The notes: generated by a model from the sequence alone, not told the origin. A DNA stretch of 64,000 bases from Octopus vulgaris (GCA_951406725.2 OX597822.1:111352001-111416000), one strand, 5' to 3'. Shown: positions 13,121 through 27,444, counted from the stretch's first letter. Numbers and translations are program-made.

Positions 13121-14284
13121 AAAGATTGATGATAGAAAAAGGAGGGAAGGGAGACAGCGATAGAAGAAAAAACATTGTAAGGAAAGAAGGAAATGGAGAC
13201 GAAACGACATGTTACTGAAAGAGAATGCTGTCAGAATGTTTATTCATCAGTTTGTAAAGCGGAGTTCCCATTTTATATTGGAACAGACTTAATGAACACC
13301 ATATAATTATATTTAAATGTGTAAGTAAACAAAATATACGTTGGCTAGTAATTTTGTATAGCAACACTCTTCGTTTGAATTATTTAAATCTGAGACTACT
13401 AAAACTTTTAAAAATATGGTCGTTAAATAAATGATTCAGCTGTGTGTATCAGTTTTCAAGACAAACAAGTACAAAATACGCTCCTCTATTAATACTGTTT
13501 TCAGCTCCTATCAACTTAAGCACTTCGCCTGTTGACTAAGAATTATCAACATCTATATAAATAATATGTTTTGTAATTATGAGAGACATCTACATAAAAG
13601 AAACTATCTTCGTTGTTTCTATGATATATAACATATATTGATCGACTCCTCTGCATACATTTTTCAACAGTCTTCTAGTAAGAAAAATAAAAGAAAAAAT
13701 TAAGCATTGATTATCTGTCAAAATTAGAATATATATGCGGATATTTATTACAGTTAACTTACGTTTAAAGAAAACTATAGCTCTTCTCAACAGTCTCGTA
13801 TTAATTTTATGTTAGGATTATACCAATCCATATTTCTTATTGATTATGCGCAGAAGATAAAACACATATGTGTCTGTAGCTTTCTCGTTGAACTCATTCC
13901 ATTATTTTCCGGCCATAATATTCTATAAACATCGCTGAAAAATCTCTTCAAACGAAACATCTACTATATAAAGATATTTATCTCAAGTTTCTCTTCAGTT
14001 GCAAAGTTCCTATTTAAAACAGTACGATCGTTGTTTTGAGTATGGCGTTCTGTTTTTTTTTTGCCAGTATGTTGATAGTCTGTGTTGTATTGAATGTTAA
14101 AATATATCGTATTTATCAAAACGGTAGACATAAGCAGATTCAGTCTATCTAACACAGTCCTATGATACCAGGCATATCCACTATTGATTTATTCCATGCC
14201 ATCTTTGTGTAGAAATTAATTTAACCGTATTGCTGACATTCTTATCGTAGCAGTTGAATATGGAAACGTTCGATTATTTAACTA

Positions 14285-14678
14285 CTAGCAGTATCGCCCG
14301 GCGTTGCTCGGGTTTGTAAGGGAAATAACTATATAAGCATTTTTAGAGATGTAAAGTATAATAGCCATCTCAATATGGCTAACCACAAAGAGGGGGTGTT
14401 ACTGTAGCTTTTTACGTTCTGAGATTTAATAATAAATTTTTAGAGAGTTACTTCCCTTATATATGCCAAAAATGCATTAAAAATGGGAAAAATTGATGGT
14501 AATTTTTTTTAGATCGTAGACTCATCGTAGACGCGCGCTAATACCCAGAAGGGCTCGATATGAATCACGACTATAAGATACCCGGTTTTGGTTAAACTGC
14601 ACCGCAAAATGTGGGGGTAGTTAGGAATGTAAATCGTAGGAGACAGACAGCACACAACCTCACTTTTATATATAAAGA
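14285..14678 (-). mobile_element. Complete non-autonomous Helitron
   Basis: Minus strand reads A|TCTTTATATATAAAA...CCCGAGCAACGCCGGG hairpin...CTAG|T, with no TSD. Confidence 0.85.
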
Positions 14679-15123
14679 TATCATGATGCTTCTAGGAGTG
14701 ATGCAGAGATAGACAAAAAATTTCAGACAAATTTTCACATTAAGCTGGGAATTTGTTGCGTATCAAATGCCGCTATGCATAGCTGATCACTGGAAATATA
14801 ATCATAGACAAGTGTAAAGCAATGCATACTTTTCGTCAATTGAAGTTCACCGTTTATAAGAAAGTGTAACGATCTTAGTCATCCAACCATCGTAGTAGAA
14901 TTATATTCGCTGCCATTTTACTTTCTCATATACTCACACCGAACTGATACTATCAATAAAACATAATTTGTAGTTTTGTAATCAACGGTAAATTTTAGAA
15001 ATCAAGATAGTAAATATATTGCCAGACTAGTAAATAGTGACAGTGTTAGATTACAAGATTTTGCAGTTTATAACAGTCTTACATAACATGAAATCTATTT
15101 GTTTTACGTTATCTATAATATAT

Positions 15124-15430
15124 GGAGGCGCAATGGCCCAGTGGTTGGGGCAGCGGACTCGCGGTCGTAGGATCGCGGTTTCGATTCCCAGGCCGGGCAT
15201 TGTGAGTGTTTATTGAGCGAAAACACCTAAAAGCTCCACGAGGCTCCGGCAGGGGGTGGTGGCGATCCCTGCTGTACTCTTTCACCACACTTTCTTTCAC
15301 TCTTTCTTCTGTTGGCCCGCTCGCTTAGCCAGCGGGGTGGCGTCATTTGAAGGCTAAAACAATGCGAACGCATTGTGACCAGCGATGTGTAACAACATCT
15401 GATGGTCTGGTCGGTCACGTGATCACGTGA
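15124..15430 (+). mobile_element. SINE family C, full length
   Basis: A and B boxes, (TCACGTGA)n tail, flanking direct repeat ATAATATATG (15115-15124 and 15430-15439). Confidence 0.92.
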
Positions 15431-15699
15431 TAATATATGTAATTTAAAAGATTGTATTCATTTATTAATTATGGTCATTCAGCCTTGGAAACAGATGCAT
15501 AGGTCTGTTAAAATGTTTAATATTGGATTTTGTAAGTATTTTTGACCTAATTGTTTCAAAAAATAAGATAAATAGCACGTACATTTGTAAGTGAATTGAA
15601 TTGGTTTCGGATGGATTTAACTCTTTTTTTGAAAATATTTAATTTCATTTATGTAACGAATATTTTTGTGGAAGCACTCTATATTGTTTTATCAAAACT

Positions 15700-18060
15700 T
15701 TATAGTATTTAATAAAATAAAACGACGTAAAAGGACATGTACAAGTGGTGGATCCCCGTCATTCGGTAATGACGATTCAATGTCTCGTTCAAGTGAATCA
15801 ACTTCTCACGAATTAAAGGTGGCTGAGTATTCCTATAAGCACGAACGTTCAAAAATAATTTCTAGACAAAATATGTGTGACGCAGTATGAGAGAAAGCTG
15901 TACATTTTTGAAGCACAGATACAATTTGCCCGATATTCTGGAAAATGATGTTAGCCGAAGATACCTGCGGTGATATCAAACCAGGGAAGTCGTAGATGCG
16001 AAGCAAACTTCTTATCAAATTTGACATACTGCACTTAGAGCAGCTATATATATGGCAGAATTATATACAAGGATTAACTGATATTTTCATTTCATTTTAA
16101 TTACTTCCTATGTATTTTTTAATTTTTTATGCATAGCATTTCTTGAGAGAGACAGCTTGGTTTGTCTAACTAATTAGCAGCCGACACACAAACGTTGTTC
16201 TGGATTGCTTACTACCCAATAGAGTTTTTTTTTTTCACATCCTATCAACGTCTTTGTATAGTTTATGCGACGTAATCTGATAAACATAAAGCGATCAGGC
16301 TGTCATATCAATCACTTTTACCTTCGTCAAAAGTAGTCACTATTTTTCGGAAATTATTGATGATTTGCCCCATATTCCAAACTAACAGAAATAAAAATCA
16401 ACAATATTCCATGCAAGATCCTCGGAAATATTTTCAACGTATTTTAGACAATATTTTCTAGAGAAATCCTGCTTTTTGAAAGGATAGTATTATAATCCAT
16501 TGGCATTTAGCTGCTTCATCTAGCACCTGAAGAAGAAACTCTTTCTTTAACTGTGGTTGCTAATAGAACTAATCTACTGAAGTATCATCATTCTATAACT
16601 AATATCTTTCCTACTAGACGTGAAGCTAGGAGCTATCTTTTCAGTTGTAGGTGATGAGTGACTCTACTCTATTTAAATATCAATAAATATTCCTTGGAAA
16701 CTTAATGACAAATATTGAACAACAATAAAAGACTTCCGAGCAGTACACGCTTAAAATATAGCACTGAAATCATTTATTGTTTATTACATATATAAAAATG
16801 ATTAGTGATACCGCTCATTCTTTTCAATTGTTGCAACATGGTTCAACGCACGTACAACCTTCTATTTTGGACATAAAACTATTAGTAGCCGTGATTTTCA
16901 GGTTTTGACTTATTCTTTTGTCTGACTAGTATATTATATTGTGCAGAATATATCAACTCCATTGAAGGTGGATTTCCTTCTGTGACAATATATATATGTA
17001 CTCATGTCGAGTCGGTGGGATTTAATTCAGAGTAACAGAACCGAAGCTCAAGAAATATTAACTAAAATCTACAAATGTAATGGGAAGTAAAGATATTATG
17101 TGGTGTAGGTAAATAATGACTGTATATTTTACACTTCTCAAAACCTTTCGTGTATGTTCTTACAAATGAATTACTTGAAAAGTTATGTCTAGAGATTGAT
17201 TCGAAATATATTTAGACAATATTTTCCACTGAATTCCTGCTTTTTGAAAGGGTATTGTTATAATCCATAGGGATTTAGCTGCTACATCTAGCACCTGAAT
17301 AAGAAACGCTTTCATTAACTGTGGTTGGTAATACAATAGTGAAAAACAGACTTTTGTTGCATGTCGGAATTAATAACATATATTCAGTCTTCAATATACA
17401 TGATTGGATATTAGCATCCGAAGAAATGCAAAAATGTGAGATAATTAGTCTCGAAAAATAAACAGATATGATAATTTCCATACTGAATAACAACTGTTTT
17501 GTAAAGAAACATCAATGTTCAGAGACATTTTCATTTTCAAAAGGAAAACATGATATGACGCTATATTATATATAGCCTATCATAGTACCACTGTGACTAA
17601 AATATTGTCTTGTTTTATTTTACTGTAAACATCAAGGAGCGAAATAGATTTTGTGGACTAAGATATTTCCAAAAATACGCTATTTTGTTTAAATCCTAAT
17701 TTTTCTATTTCAAGAACGTTTAATGTTCCTCCTTTGAACAAACAATAACAATTTTCTGCTTTGAACAAAAGCATTTATGGGCTTCTTCTATAAACAAACA
17801 TTCGTTTAAAATAAATTTCCCATAAATATTTGTATATTTGTATATTAGTTCAAGTAAAGTATTACCGTAAATGTTGACAATTTTCCTCATTAAAAACTTT
17901 TTTATTGCTGCCAAGATTTTCCTTCATATCATATCAGTTCAAAGTTGCTTGTTCTGACATGAACGGGATTATTATATTTCTCATAACTTCACTGTATTGT
18001 TTTAACATTACCATGGAAGTTTATTGCTTCTCAGAATGCTACTTTCTCAGCTAAACTAAA
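15700..18060 (+). pseudogene. Decayed, apparently intron-less coding remnant of unknown family
   Basis: Frame from 17141 runs ~140 codons with 5 stops. NNIYSVFNIHDWILA matches the candidate exon SNRCAVCNIHEWVLA at 57783. Internal duplication 16443-16565 / 17211-17335. Boundaries uncertain. Confidence 0.45.
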
Positions 18061-19734
18061 ATCGCTATGGTTAGTCAAACATACGAAGTGTAATGAAATG
18101 TAAATGCAAATTCCAGACTCAGTAGGTTACTGGGAAGTCATTGACAAACGCGTAAGAATTATTTTTCCTACAATTTGCTTAAACTATTTTTTTTTTTCGT
18201 AGGAGAAGTGTCATAAAAAATTATGCGTTCCTTAGCGCCCAATGGTTATTATAAATGAACGTCAATATATAAAACGGGAGTCGAATAAAAGTGCATTGTG
18301 TTTATTATATTAATTACTGTGTGTCACTAATCAACCACACCAGATCTTTCTATGCTTCTGATGATTTGCGTCATTATCACAACTGATGCATTATTTGAGT
18401 GAATATATTCTCCCATTTATGCTTTCTCGCTCACGAACGATTAGCTTTCATATAGTTATGAAACTGTTTCAGACATAGTATATTATATTACCCTAAGGTT
18501 CTTTGAAGATGCATAATGAAGCAGAAGAACCAAATTCAGAGCATTGTTTCCAGTCACCTAACTAGCGTTAGAAACTCAAATTTCTTCTTAAACTTTGAGA
18601 GATGATGACCTCAGAATTGGTTTACTGCCATCTAAGTACTAAATATAGCGTACAACAATCATTGCACAAGATATATGATTAAAGATGCTCGCTTTTGCCT
18701 TGCAAAATTGAAAACATCTCAAATTAACAACTCATCAATATGTAGGAGTATCATTCATAAATCTTAATGAAATGAAGACAAAATAATATCTAAATCGAAA
18801 TATTCAATGTACTTGCAAATGGATTGAAGAGATTTTCCTTGTGTTTTTAGAAAGTAGAACGAAGAGTTATTTAAGTGTATTGTATGTCTAAACATATGCG
18901 AGAGAGCGAGTGAAAGAGGGGGTAGAGAGAGAGAGAGAGAGGGGAAGGAAGAGAGATGTAGAGAGAGGGGAGAAAGAGTGGGTGTATGCATGTGTCGTAT
19001 GCTAGTCTTCAAGCGAATTTTTACAGTAAATTTAGTAATATTAATGAGAACATTATTAATAATAATAGCCAGTAGAGATCCTGTTTGATTTCCTGTGGGA
19101 ATGTAATTTTTTTTTAAATTTAGAGATATATTGTATATTCTACATATTTCATTTTGATAGAGGGTTTTTTCTGATAAATTAGAGTTCCAAGTTCCCGCTT
19201 ACTTTAGCAACAGTAATGAGAACATTACTAATAAGAACATTCAGTGGTAATCTAGTCTCGATCATCAGCTGATCTAATTATTTTCATGATTCTTCATGCC
19301 TTTATAGATATATTTTTACGCGTTTACTAGAGACCAATTCTTTTTTTACAAGATAGAGTCTCATTGCCTACCGTTATTTTAGATCATCGAGTTTGCATTT
19401 CTAGACAGGAAAAATCTTGAATCTGCTCTTTCTGCTTATTACCACATATGTCCCTAGAAGAAACTTGCATGATTCTTTTTGTCTGATGTGCTGTATATGG
19501 ATCCTGACGCATTCGTTACAATAATTATTGCTTTCGCCAACATAAATAATCTTTGCAATTTCGGCAGCTTATGCAGTATATTAGATTCTATATCTTGTTC
19601 TTCATATTTGCAATTATTTGGAAGGAGAATCCACTTTTAATATTGAAAATCGCTGTTGCTCTATATTCCATATTTATATGCATATGCATATACATGCATA
19701 CATATATATATATATGTACATACACCACCCCCCC

Positions 19735-19778
<44 letters not shown>

Positions 19779-20062
19779 TGTGTGTGTGTGTGTGTGTTTG
19801 TATCTCTGTCTATTGCTTGTGAAATATTTCCCGCAAATATAAAGACGATATTCAGGAGCAAGTGAAGACGAGGGATCGTGACGTTCATACATTTAGTCTG
19901 AGATTACGGATATACAAGATAGACGACTAGCTTTCTAAATAAGGAAATTGATGTCAGACATCGGCATAACGGAACATAGACCATAAAATAGAAAAATGAA
20001 ATTGTTTCTGGCAAACTATGCTTGTAGTCGATTTTTGTAAATAAGTTGACGTATACAAATTA

Positions 20063-20109
<47 letters not shown>

Positions 20110-20789
20110 CATCCTCTTCCGATTGATTTACAAAAAAGTTCGCATAAAAGCAAAGTGGAGTTCGATGCGACTATGTAACAGAAGGTTTAAAATACAATCG
20201 AATATTACTCCAGATAATACAGAGAGCGTGGTTCAATAAGAAAAAATATATTGATTTTCTCTTTGCTTATAATTATGCCGGTTAAGTAAAACACAAACTA
20301 TTGTTGTTCAATAGATATTCACAAAACATAAATCGGTTCTTCGAAACTCTCTTATCTATGTTTGGTATTCCTAGGGTATGGTAGCTATTTCAGCAAAAGT
20401 TCAACAAACTAGCGTCTGAAAATTCTTAAGTAGTACAGTAGTAATAGAAACACACATTCTTGATAACTATATGAAAAGCACCGATGCATACACACCACTC
20501 AGAAATGTGTTTTGTGTGTGTGTTGTGTGTTGTGTGTGTGTGTGTGCGTGTGCTTGTTTTAAAACTAAAGTACCTGTCATTTGTCTTAAGTATGGCGTTG
20601 AGACAATCCATTCCATTTCTCACCTGCATTAAGTATGTATTTATATAAGCCCAAAGGTGGCATTTCAGCATATCTTCTCATACGATATTTGTGTAGATAC
20701 TTTATACCTACAGTTTTTAGTTGAAAAGTGAAAGTGAAGGAAAATGAGATATATTTCGGGCATTTGATACTTCTTGTATTTCCAGAAAG

Positions 20790-22240
20790 TAGAAAAGTTC
20801 TACAAACGTCATAGAAGCTGTACGAAGCAAAGAGCATCAGATGGTAGTCGACGAATGACGAGAAGACAAGAACCTCCACAGAGCGGTCGCCAGCATTTAA
20901 AGGCCAGTGTTCTGGGTGCCAGGGTGCTCACATTGCGAAGAACTGCAGGAAGCCGAAGGTGGAACAAATTTGCTATCGATGGAAGCAGGAATGGTATATC
21001 CTCAGCAACGGCAGTCTGGAGAACGATCAAAGGGGAGTTACTGTAAACGAGTAAAGGCTCTTATACAATCGCTGTCTATAGTTTAGATCTAGTTGGAAGG
21101 TAGTTGTTAAGGGCGCCCTTGTATACGGGCTGCACAACAAACTTGGAGATTCCGAAAGGAGCTCAGAAGTGGAATGGGCTCAGTGATGTAAAGGCAGTTT
21201 GTTGATGGCAGAGGGATCAGATGGCACCGGAATGATAACCTATGGTATTGAGGAATAAAATAAGATTTTATCAGTATACTCTGAAAGGAAATAGTAATTC
21301 TAGGGAAGGTGTACAAGATAAAAAAATGTCCAGCGATTAATATATTGATGACACCTTAGTTGTGTCGGCAACGGAGGTGATTGTTCATATAAAGAAGTTT
21401 GGACTAAGCACGTAACTGCCGGAAACTATAGAAGGATGAACTGTACTGGAGCTCAATCTGCGAAAAGACTAGGTGGGCGTATTGATTTTCGTATAAGTCG
21501 TCGCCCCCGTCAGGGTAGGATGAGGAGTTGATACCACCTAAAGAGATATATCCAGATGTGAATGGCAACATCTGTGTATGGTTTCACATGAAACTGCAAA
21601 AGAGAGAAAGCCTGCCCTCGTTGCAAGTAGGCGAGGAATTTTGGGGGTCAAGACCTCAAATGCGCGCTGCACGTCTCAATGGGGAAAAGGAATAGTAATG
21701 ACTGTGAATTCTCGAAACAACGTATTTGAGAATGTAATACCGCGTCATATTTTTGGATGTCCTGCACAATCGTCTGGTTGTGGGATGACGAAGGATGAGA
21801 AGGGATGCGAGCAGTGCTCCCTCTCTGCTAAGGTCACTGCGGGAGAACTCTCGGTCCAGTGGATGGCACATTTTGACATGGTGTGAAATGATGGAATGAT
21901 CTTTGGGATCAGGTGTGTGGGCTGTGAAATTGGGGACTTTACCGGATGTATAGGGGTTAGTAACCTCACGCGAATAGTCGAATGGCCTTGCCGGAATGAT
22001 TGAAGCAAGGACGGTTACTTGAGCAAAAGGGCGACAAGCGTAGGCCTCTGTTGCTTTAGGGTTGTCGCTCGGGATGGATATGTGGGTCGTTTCAAGCTTA
22101 GGGAATTTGCCGCTGTGTTCTGGTCAGAGGTTCAGGCCAGAGGCTTCGTGGCTCTCACGGATGTCTCCTGTTTGGAAAGAGTCGACGTTACGAGCGATCT
22201 CGTGCTGTAGGTAAGCTACACCCCCCCCCTACTACAGGAA
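20790..22240 (-). mobile_element. Highly decayed LINE ORF1-like region
   Basis: GC-richer block; minus-strand LLILP*RGRRLIR..IRPP (~21500) and IQGRP (~21115) resemble the motif in 7662-8163. Confidence 0.35.
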
Positions 22241-22793
22241 CTTAAAAAGACATTTCTTGACAATACTGATAGTAGTAGCCATGTCCTAAAAGACTGTGGA
22301 GTCTACTCGGGAAATAATTTTCTGGGAGATAATTGCTGATGCCCCCTCTACTATTGCGTGAAAATATGTCGCAGTCAGTAAATTTTATCTGCTTTATATA
22401 TTTACCATCGACAATTTTATGGCGAACGTGTGAACCGAACAAATAGTAGCATTTCGTCTGTCCTTAATTACATAAGCTGCACACCTCATGTAACATATTA
22501 ATATACTATTAATATAATAACAATACAATGTGGCTTGGGAGAAATTTTACAATTATATGAATAACGATATAAAATACAAAAAAAATGTAATTATATTGCT
22601 TCTAAGCGACCTTTGTTCCTAAATATTCCAGGCTTTTTCAATTTAGACATTCTTTTACACTCATTGCTAACAACTGTGCACACTGGGAATTCTATACCAA
22701 ACAAAAACGCCGAGGTCAAAATGTTAAACATTTGATAAACCGGCGCTTAATGATTTTCAACACGTTTTGTATTCTATTAACAGACATAAAAGC

Positions 22794-23008
<215 letters not shown>

Positions 23009-23431
23009 GTTTAATAAGTAATGTATTTAATTATTATGTTACGTTTCAACATTGATTTTTTCTTGCTGACGTTGCTCTGCTATTCTTTATACATTTATGC
23101 CTTAAAGATAGATTTGCCAGCAAGTACTTCGCATAAGTGTAATAGAGAATTAAATTCTGGTAACTGGAAACTTGAGTACGTTTTATACTCGCTTTGTGAT
23201 ATTTCCTCTTAATTTATTATGGTTTAGCTATTTTGCACTTGTGTTATGCTGCTTGTCAAGAAAAACACTACGAATAGTAACTATTGGTAAAAGAAATGAA
23301 ATTTCATATTTCGTTACGCATATTAATGGATCCTAGATGCTACAAAATATTTGTTAAGACTATCACCGAAGTATGTTACGTATTGGCATTTTATCACTTA
23401 ATTAACACATATAGAGAAGGATCAATATGCC

Positions 23432-23844
23432 TATACATACATACATACATACATACATACATACATACATACATACATACATACAGATATGCATATATAC
23501 ATGCATACGTACATACGTACGTACCTTTGTACATGCATGCATATGTACATGCATACATACATGCATATATATGTACGTACGTACGTTTGTACATACATGC
23601 ATGCATACACACGAACATACGTACATACATACATACATACATACACATAATACATACATACATACACACATACATACATACATACATACATACATACATA
23701 CATACATACATACATACATACATACATACATACATAAATACATGCATACATACATACATACATACATATGTATATACATGTATGTATGTTTGTAAGTATG
23801 ACTGTATGTATATATGTGTGTGTGTGTATGTATATATATATATG

Positions 23845-23885
<41 letters not shown>
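23432..23885. repeat. (TACA)n/(TA)n compound microsatellite
   Basis: Seen directly. Confidence 0.98.
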
Positions 23886-23888
<3 letters not shown>

Positions 23889-24374
23889 GTTGATGTAAAA
23901 TATCACGTTGTTTCTACGACTCGAAACGTGAACTGAATTATAAAACAACTAGAAGTAATAAGAACTCTTCGAATTTGAAAATCATCTAATAGTAATTTGT
24001 CAAAGCATTTCTTAATTACAGAGTGTGTAACTGACACAGGCACATTACATTACAACTAAACATAGCATAAAAGAAAGAGAGAGAAAAACTACAAAAAAAA
24101 AAATAACACACATGATACATTATAAAAAGACTTGAGAAAAATAGAAGCTTTAACATTTTCAAGAGGAGAAAATTCTAATTAGAATCTGCTGAGTGTACTA
24201 CTTCAAAGTTATCTAATCTTGCTGAATATTCGAAAGTCTGACTATGAAAAATTTAAGACGTTTCTAAGCGTCCTTTAGTTGCCACCTATTTTCGAATAAA
24301 CTGTAGCATACACTTTTTTTTGTATATTTTCACTTCACTTCTTTCTCATTCCTGCAATCTGTTCTATATGCCCA

Positions 24375-24677
24375 GACACGTAGAGGCTAGTGGTTAGGGC
24401 AGCGGACTCACGGTTGTAGGATCGCGGTTTCGCTTCTCTGATCGGGCGTTGTGAGTGTTTATTGAGCGAAAACACCTAAAACTCCACGAATCTCCGACAG
24501 GGGGTGGTGGCCATCCCTGCTGTACTCTTTCGCCACAACTTTCTCTCACTCTTTCTTCTGTTGGCCTGCTCGCTTAGCCAGCGGACTGGCGTCATTTGAA
24601 GGCTAAAACAATGCGAATCGCATTGTGACCAGCGATGTGTAGCAACATCTGATAGCCTGGTCGGTGACGGTGAGGGT

Positions 24678-24680
<3 letters not shown>
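24375..24680 (+). mobile_element. SINE family C
   Basis: Collinear with 15124-15430. Confidence 0.9.
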
Positions 24681-24723
<43 letters not shown>

Positions 24724-24848
24724 GGCTTAGTAAAATAAATTACTTTGCCACGTACTGAACTTTCTAGAAATAGCAGCCAAAAAGTTTTTTAGCCATTTCC
24801 ACTACTTTAAGAAAATTTCTCTCAGATAATGCTTACTCAAAATTGTTG

Positions 24849-24903
<55 letters not shown>

Positions 24904-25989
24904 AGGAAAAAGGTAAACAGCCCCTTTAGTTATGAATGGGCATGGGATTGCACCTTGAAAGTTATCACCCGAGGCACAAGTCCGTCAAGTTTGTTTATGA
25001 AAGAGCAGCAGTCGCACATGCATACCACCCTCCCCTCTAGGTCATCATTCTTCTAGGTCATCATCTAGGTCATCATTCTTCTTCCCACACCTATCTCTCT
25101 TTCATGCTTCTCTCTTCTTCTCCTATTCTTTCTTCTTCCTCCCTCTTTTCCTTTTCTCTTCTTCATTCCATCATTCACCTCCTTCCATTTTCCCCCTTCA
25201 AATAGCTCATTATCGTTCCTCCTGGACATAACTTTGTTTCATGTTTCTCCTCTCCTCCTCCTCCTCCTCCTCTCCTCTTTCTCTTCTCTCTTGCATTCCA
25301 TTAATTGTCTCCTTCCGTCCTTAATCCCCATCAATGAAGGCTCAACATTTTAAACCACTTTCTGTATAACAATTTTTTAAGTAAAATTTCAAGTTCAAAC
25401 ACTCTGTTGAGCCCTTTTTTTCTATAAAACACGAAATATTTCCCATTCAAATTTCTTGTTTAATTGTTAAAGATTCTATTAGATCTTTTATTATTTATAT
25501 TATCATTGAAGTACCATTGACCCCGTTAGCCCAATTTCTGGTTCATCCTCATAACACGCTGTTAGTTTTTGCCGTGTGCTTCTTTGCCTCTAGGATATTT
25601 CACCACATCATCATGTGAGCATTGAGGATCGTCTCTCTCACCTCATACTCCCGTACTGTTGTGTCTCTCATATCGGTGAGGTGGTGTTGCATCGCTTAGA
25701 GGTAGTTCGGCAAGCTGTCTAACGACATTCTGTCGCACTTGTCCTTGGGGAAGCACACAAGTTCACTATATTTTGTAGGCTGTATGAGCTTGCGCCGGCC
25801 ATTTGCGGACTTCTTATCGAATTGATATGCTTCTCTTTCACCCTGTCTTTTTGTGTATTGTTCCAAATTCTAAGTTTATACTGGCTGTGGTGAAGCGCGC
25901 TTCGGTTTCATCGTTTGTTTGTTGTGGGATACAAACTCTTTTGTTGAAGGGTATAGTTGTCGTATAAATGCAACTAATATCCTACGAAT

Positions 25990-26345
25990 TATCACCGCCG
26001 CCGTGGTGATCTCATTCTCGCCCACATCATAAGCGGAAAGTGTAACCTCTCGATAGAGCTGTTCTTCACTCCTGCTCCAGAGCGTCGGCTGCGGGGTCAT
26101 TCCGAAAAGCTCTACCTGCGACGATTTCATCTCAATCGAAGGAGAGGAGCTTTCTCCGTCCGGGTTGCGGATCCGTGGAACAAGCTGCCAGATGAGATGG
26201 TGAAGATGCCGACGCCGCTTTGTTCAAAGCCTCCCTTGACCTCAAGTGGCCTGAACTCTTTACATAAACACCACCCTGTACTTAACTCCATGTCCCCCTA
26301 CATGGCCTTGCTATTTGCTTTTGAGCCAAATTAACTAACTAACTG
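25990..26345 (+). mobile_element. 3' end of a CR1-group LINE with (TAAC)n tail
   Basis: RRRGDLILAH...LRGHSEKLYLRRFHLNRRRGAFSVRVADPWNKLP...FKASLD, short 3' UTR, TAACTAACTAACT tail. Confidence 0.88.
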
Positions 26346-26482
26346 ACATATGGTTTGAAGAATAGGGGTGTGAAAACGATTAGTGTCATACCCGTTATAC
26401 TACTTTCTATCCTGTCGTTACTTTGGTCATCATCTCTTTGGTTGTCCTTGTTATTTTTTTTATTGGTGGTAGTGTTACTATA

Positions 26483-26703
26483 CTCTTACTCATTTACTCT
26501 TTTACTTGTTTCAGTCATTTGACTGCGGCCATGCTGGAGCACCGCCTTTAGTTGAGCAAATCGATCCCGGGACTTATTCTTTGTAAGCCCAGTACTTATT
26601 CTATCGGTCTCTTTTGCCGAACCGCTAAGTGACGGGGACGTAAACACACCAGCATCGGTTGTCAAGCAATGCTAGGGGGACAAACACAGACACACAAACA
26701 TAT

Positions 26704-26748
<45 letters not shown>

Positions 26749-26916
26749 TACGACAGGCTTCTTTCAGTTTCCGTCTACCAAATCCACTCACAAGGCATTG
26801 GTCGGCCCGGGGCTATATCAGAAGACACTTGCCCAAGATGCCACGCAGTAGGACTGAACCCGGAACCATGTGGTTGGTAAGCGAGCTACTTACCACACAG
26901 CCACTCCTCTGCCTAT
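26483..26916 (-). mobile_element. Full-length SINE family A with internal microsatellite
   Basis: Minus strand: TGGCTGTGTGG A-box, GGGTTCAGTCC B-box, CORE-like CTTGGGCAAGT, central (TA)/(TG) tract, AAGAGT tail. Confidence 0.92.
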
Positions 26917-27144
26917 GTGAATTTTTGTTGTCAGTTATGTTTCTGTTGCTTCGCATGTTTTCATAGTTGATTTGGTTATTGTTGTTGTTGCTGTCCTCGT
27001 CCTTACCGTCCTGACTACTATCGTTATTCTTATAGCTATTGTCTTCCGTTCTGCTGTCCTTGCTTTGTCTTCATTTCCTTCACTGCTGCTGCTGCTGTTG
27101 TTATTCCGGCCTTTTAAGTATGATTTAATAATTTCCCTCTACTA

Positions 27145-27360
27145 AGCAAGAGCTAGCAACGTTAGCACGCCGGGCGAAATGCTTAGCCAAATTTCGTCTG
27201 CCGTTACGTTCTGAGTTCAAATTCCGCCGAGGTCGACTTTGCCTTTCATCCTTTTGAGGTCGATAAAATAAGTACCAGTTGAGTACTGGCGTCGATGTAA
27301 TTGACTCATCCCCCTCCCCCAAAACTGCTGCCCTTGTGACAACATTTGAAACCATTATTA
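27145..27360 (+). mobile_element. SINE family B variant (short tail) followed by (TAT)/(TAG)n
   Basis: Head and core shared with 30883-31285. Confidence 0.88.
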
Positions 27361-27377
27361 TTATTATTATTAGTAGC

Positions 27378-27433
<56 letters not shown>

Positions 27434-27444
27434 AATTATTATGT

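Noticed and set aside
13580-14220. Stop-poor, protein-like stretches (also ~3480-3720 and ~34880-35160)
   Set aside because: No recognisable motif or internal homologue; cannot be told from chance without a database search.
15124-15200. tRNA genes at SINE heads (also 9983, 26840-26916, 29980-30053, 49086)
   Set aside because: Cloverleafs are incomplete and continue into repeat bodies, some with TSDs; these are SINE heads, not tRNA genes.
17250-17290. IVIIHRDLAA kinase-like motif (also IDILSEIKHE near 55960)
   Set aside because: Flanked by stops, not kept in the duplicate at 16443-16565, and no other kinase subdomains appear in order; probably chance.
25530-25990. Possible decayed RTE fragment on the minus strand
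   Set aside because: Only faint motif resemblance; too degraded to call.
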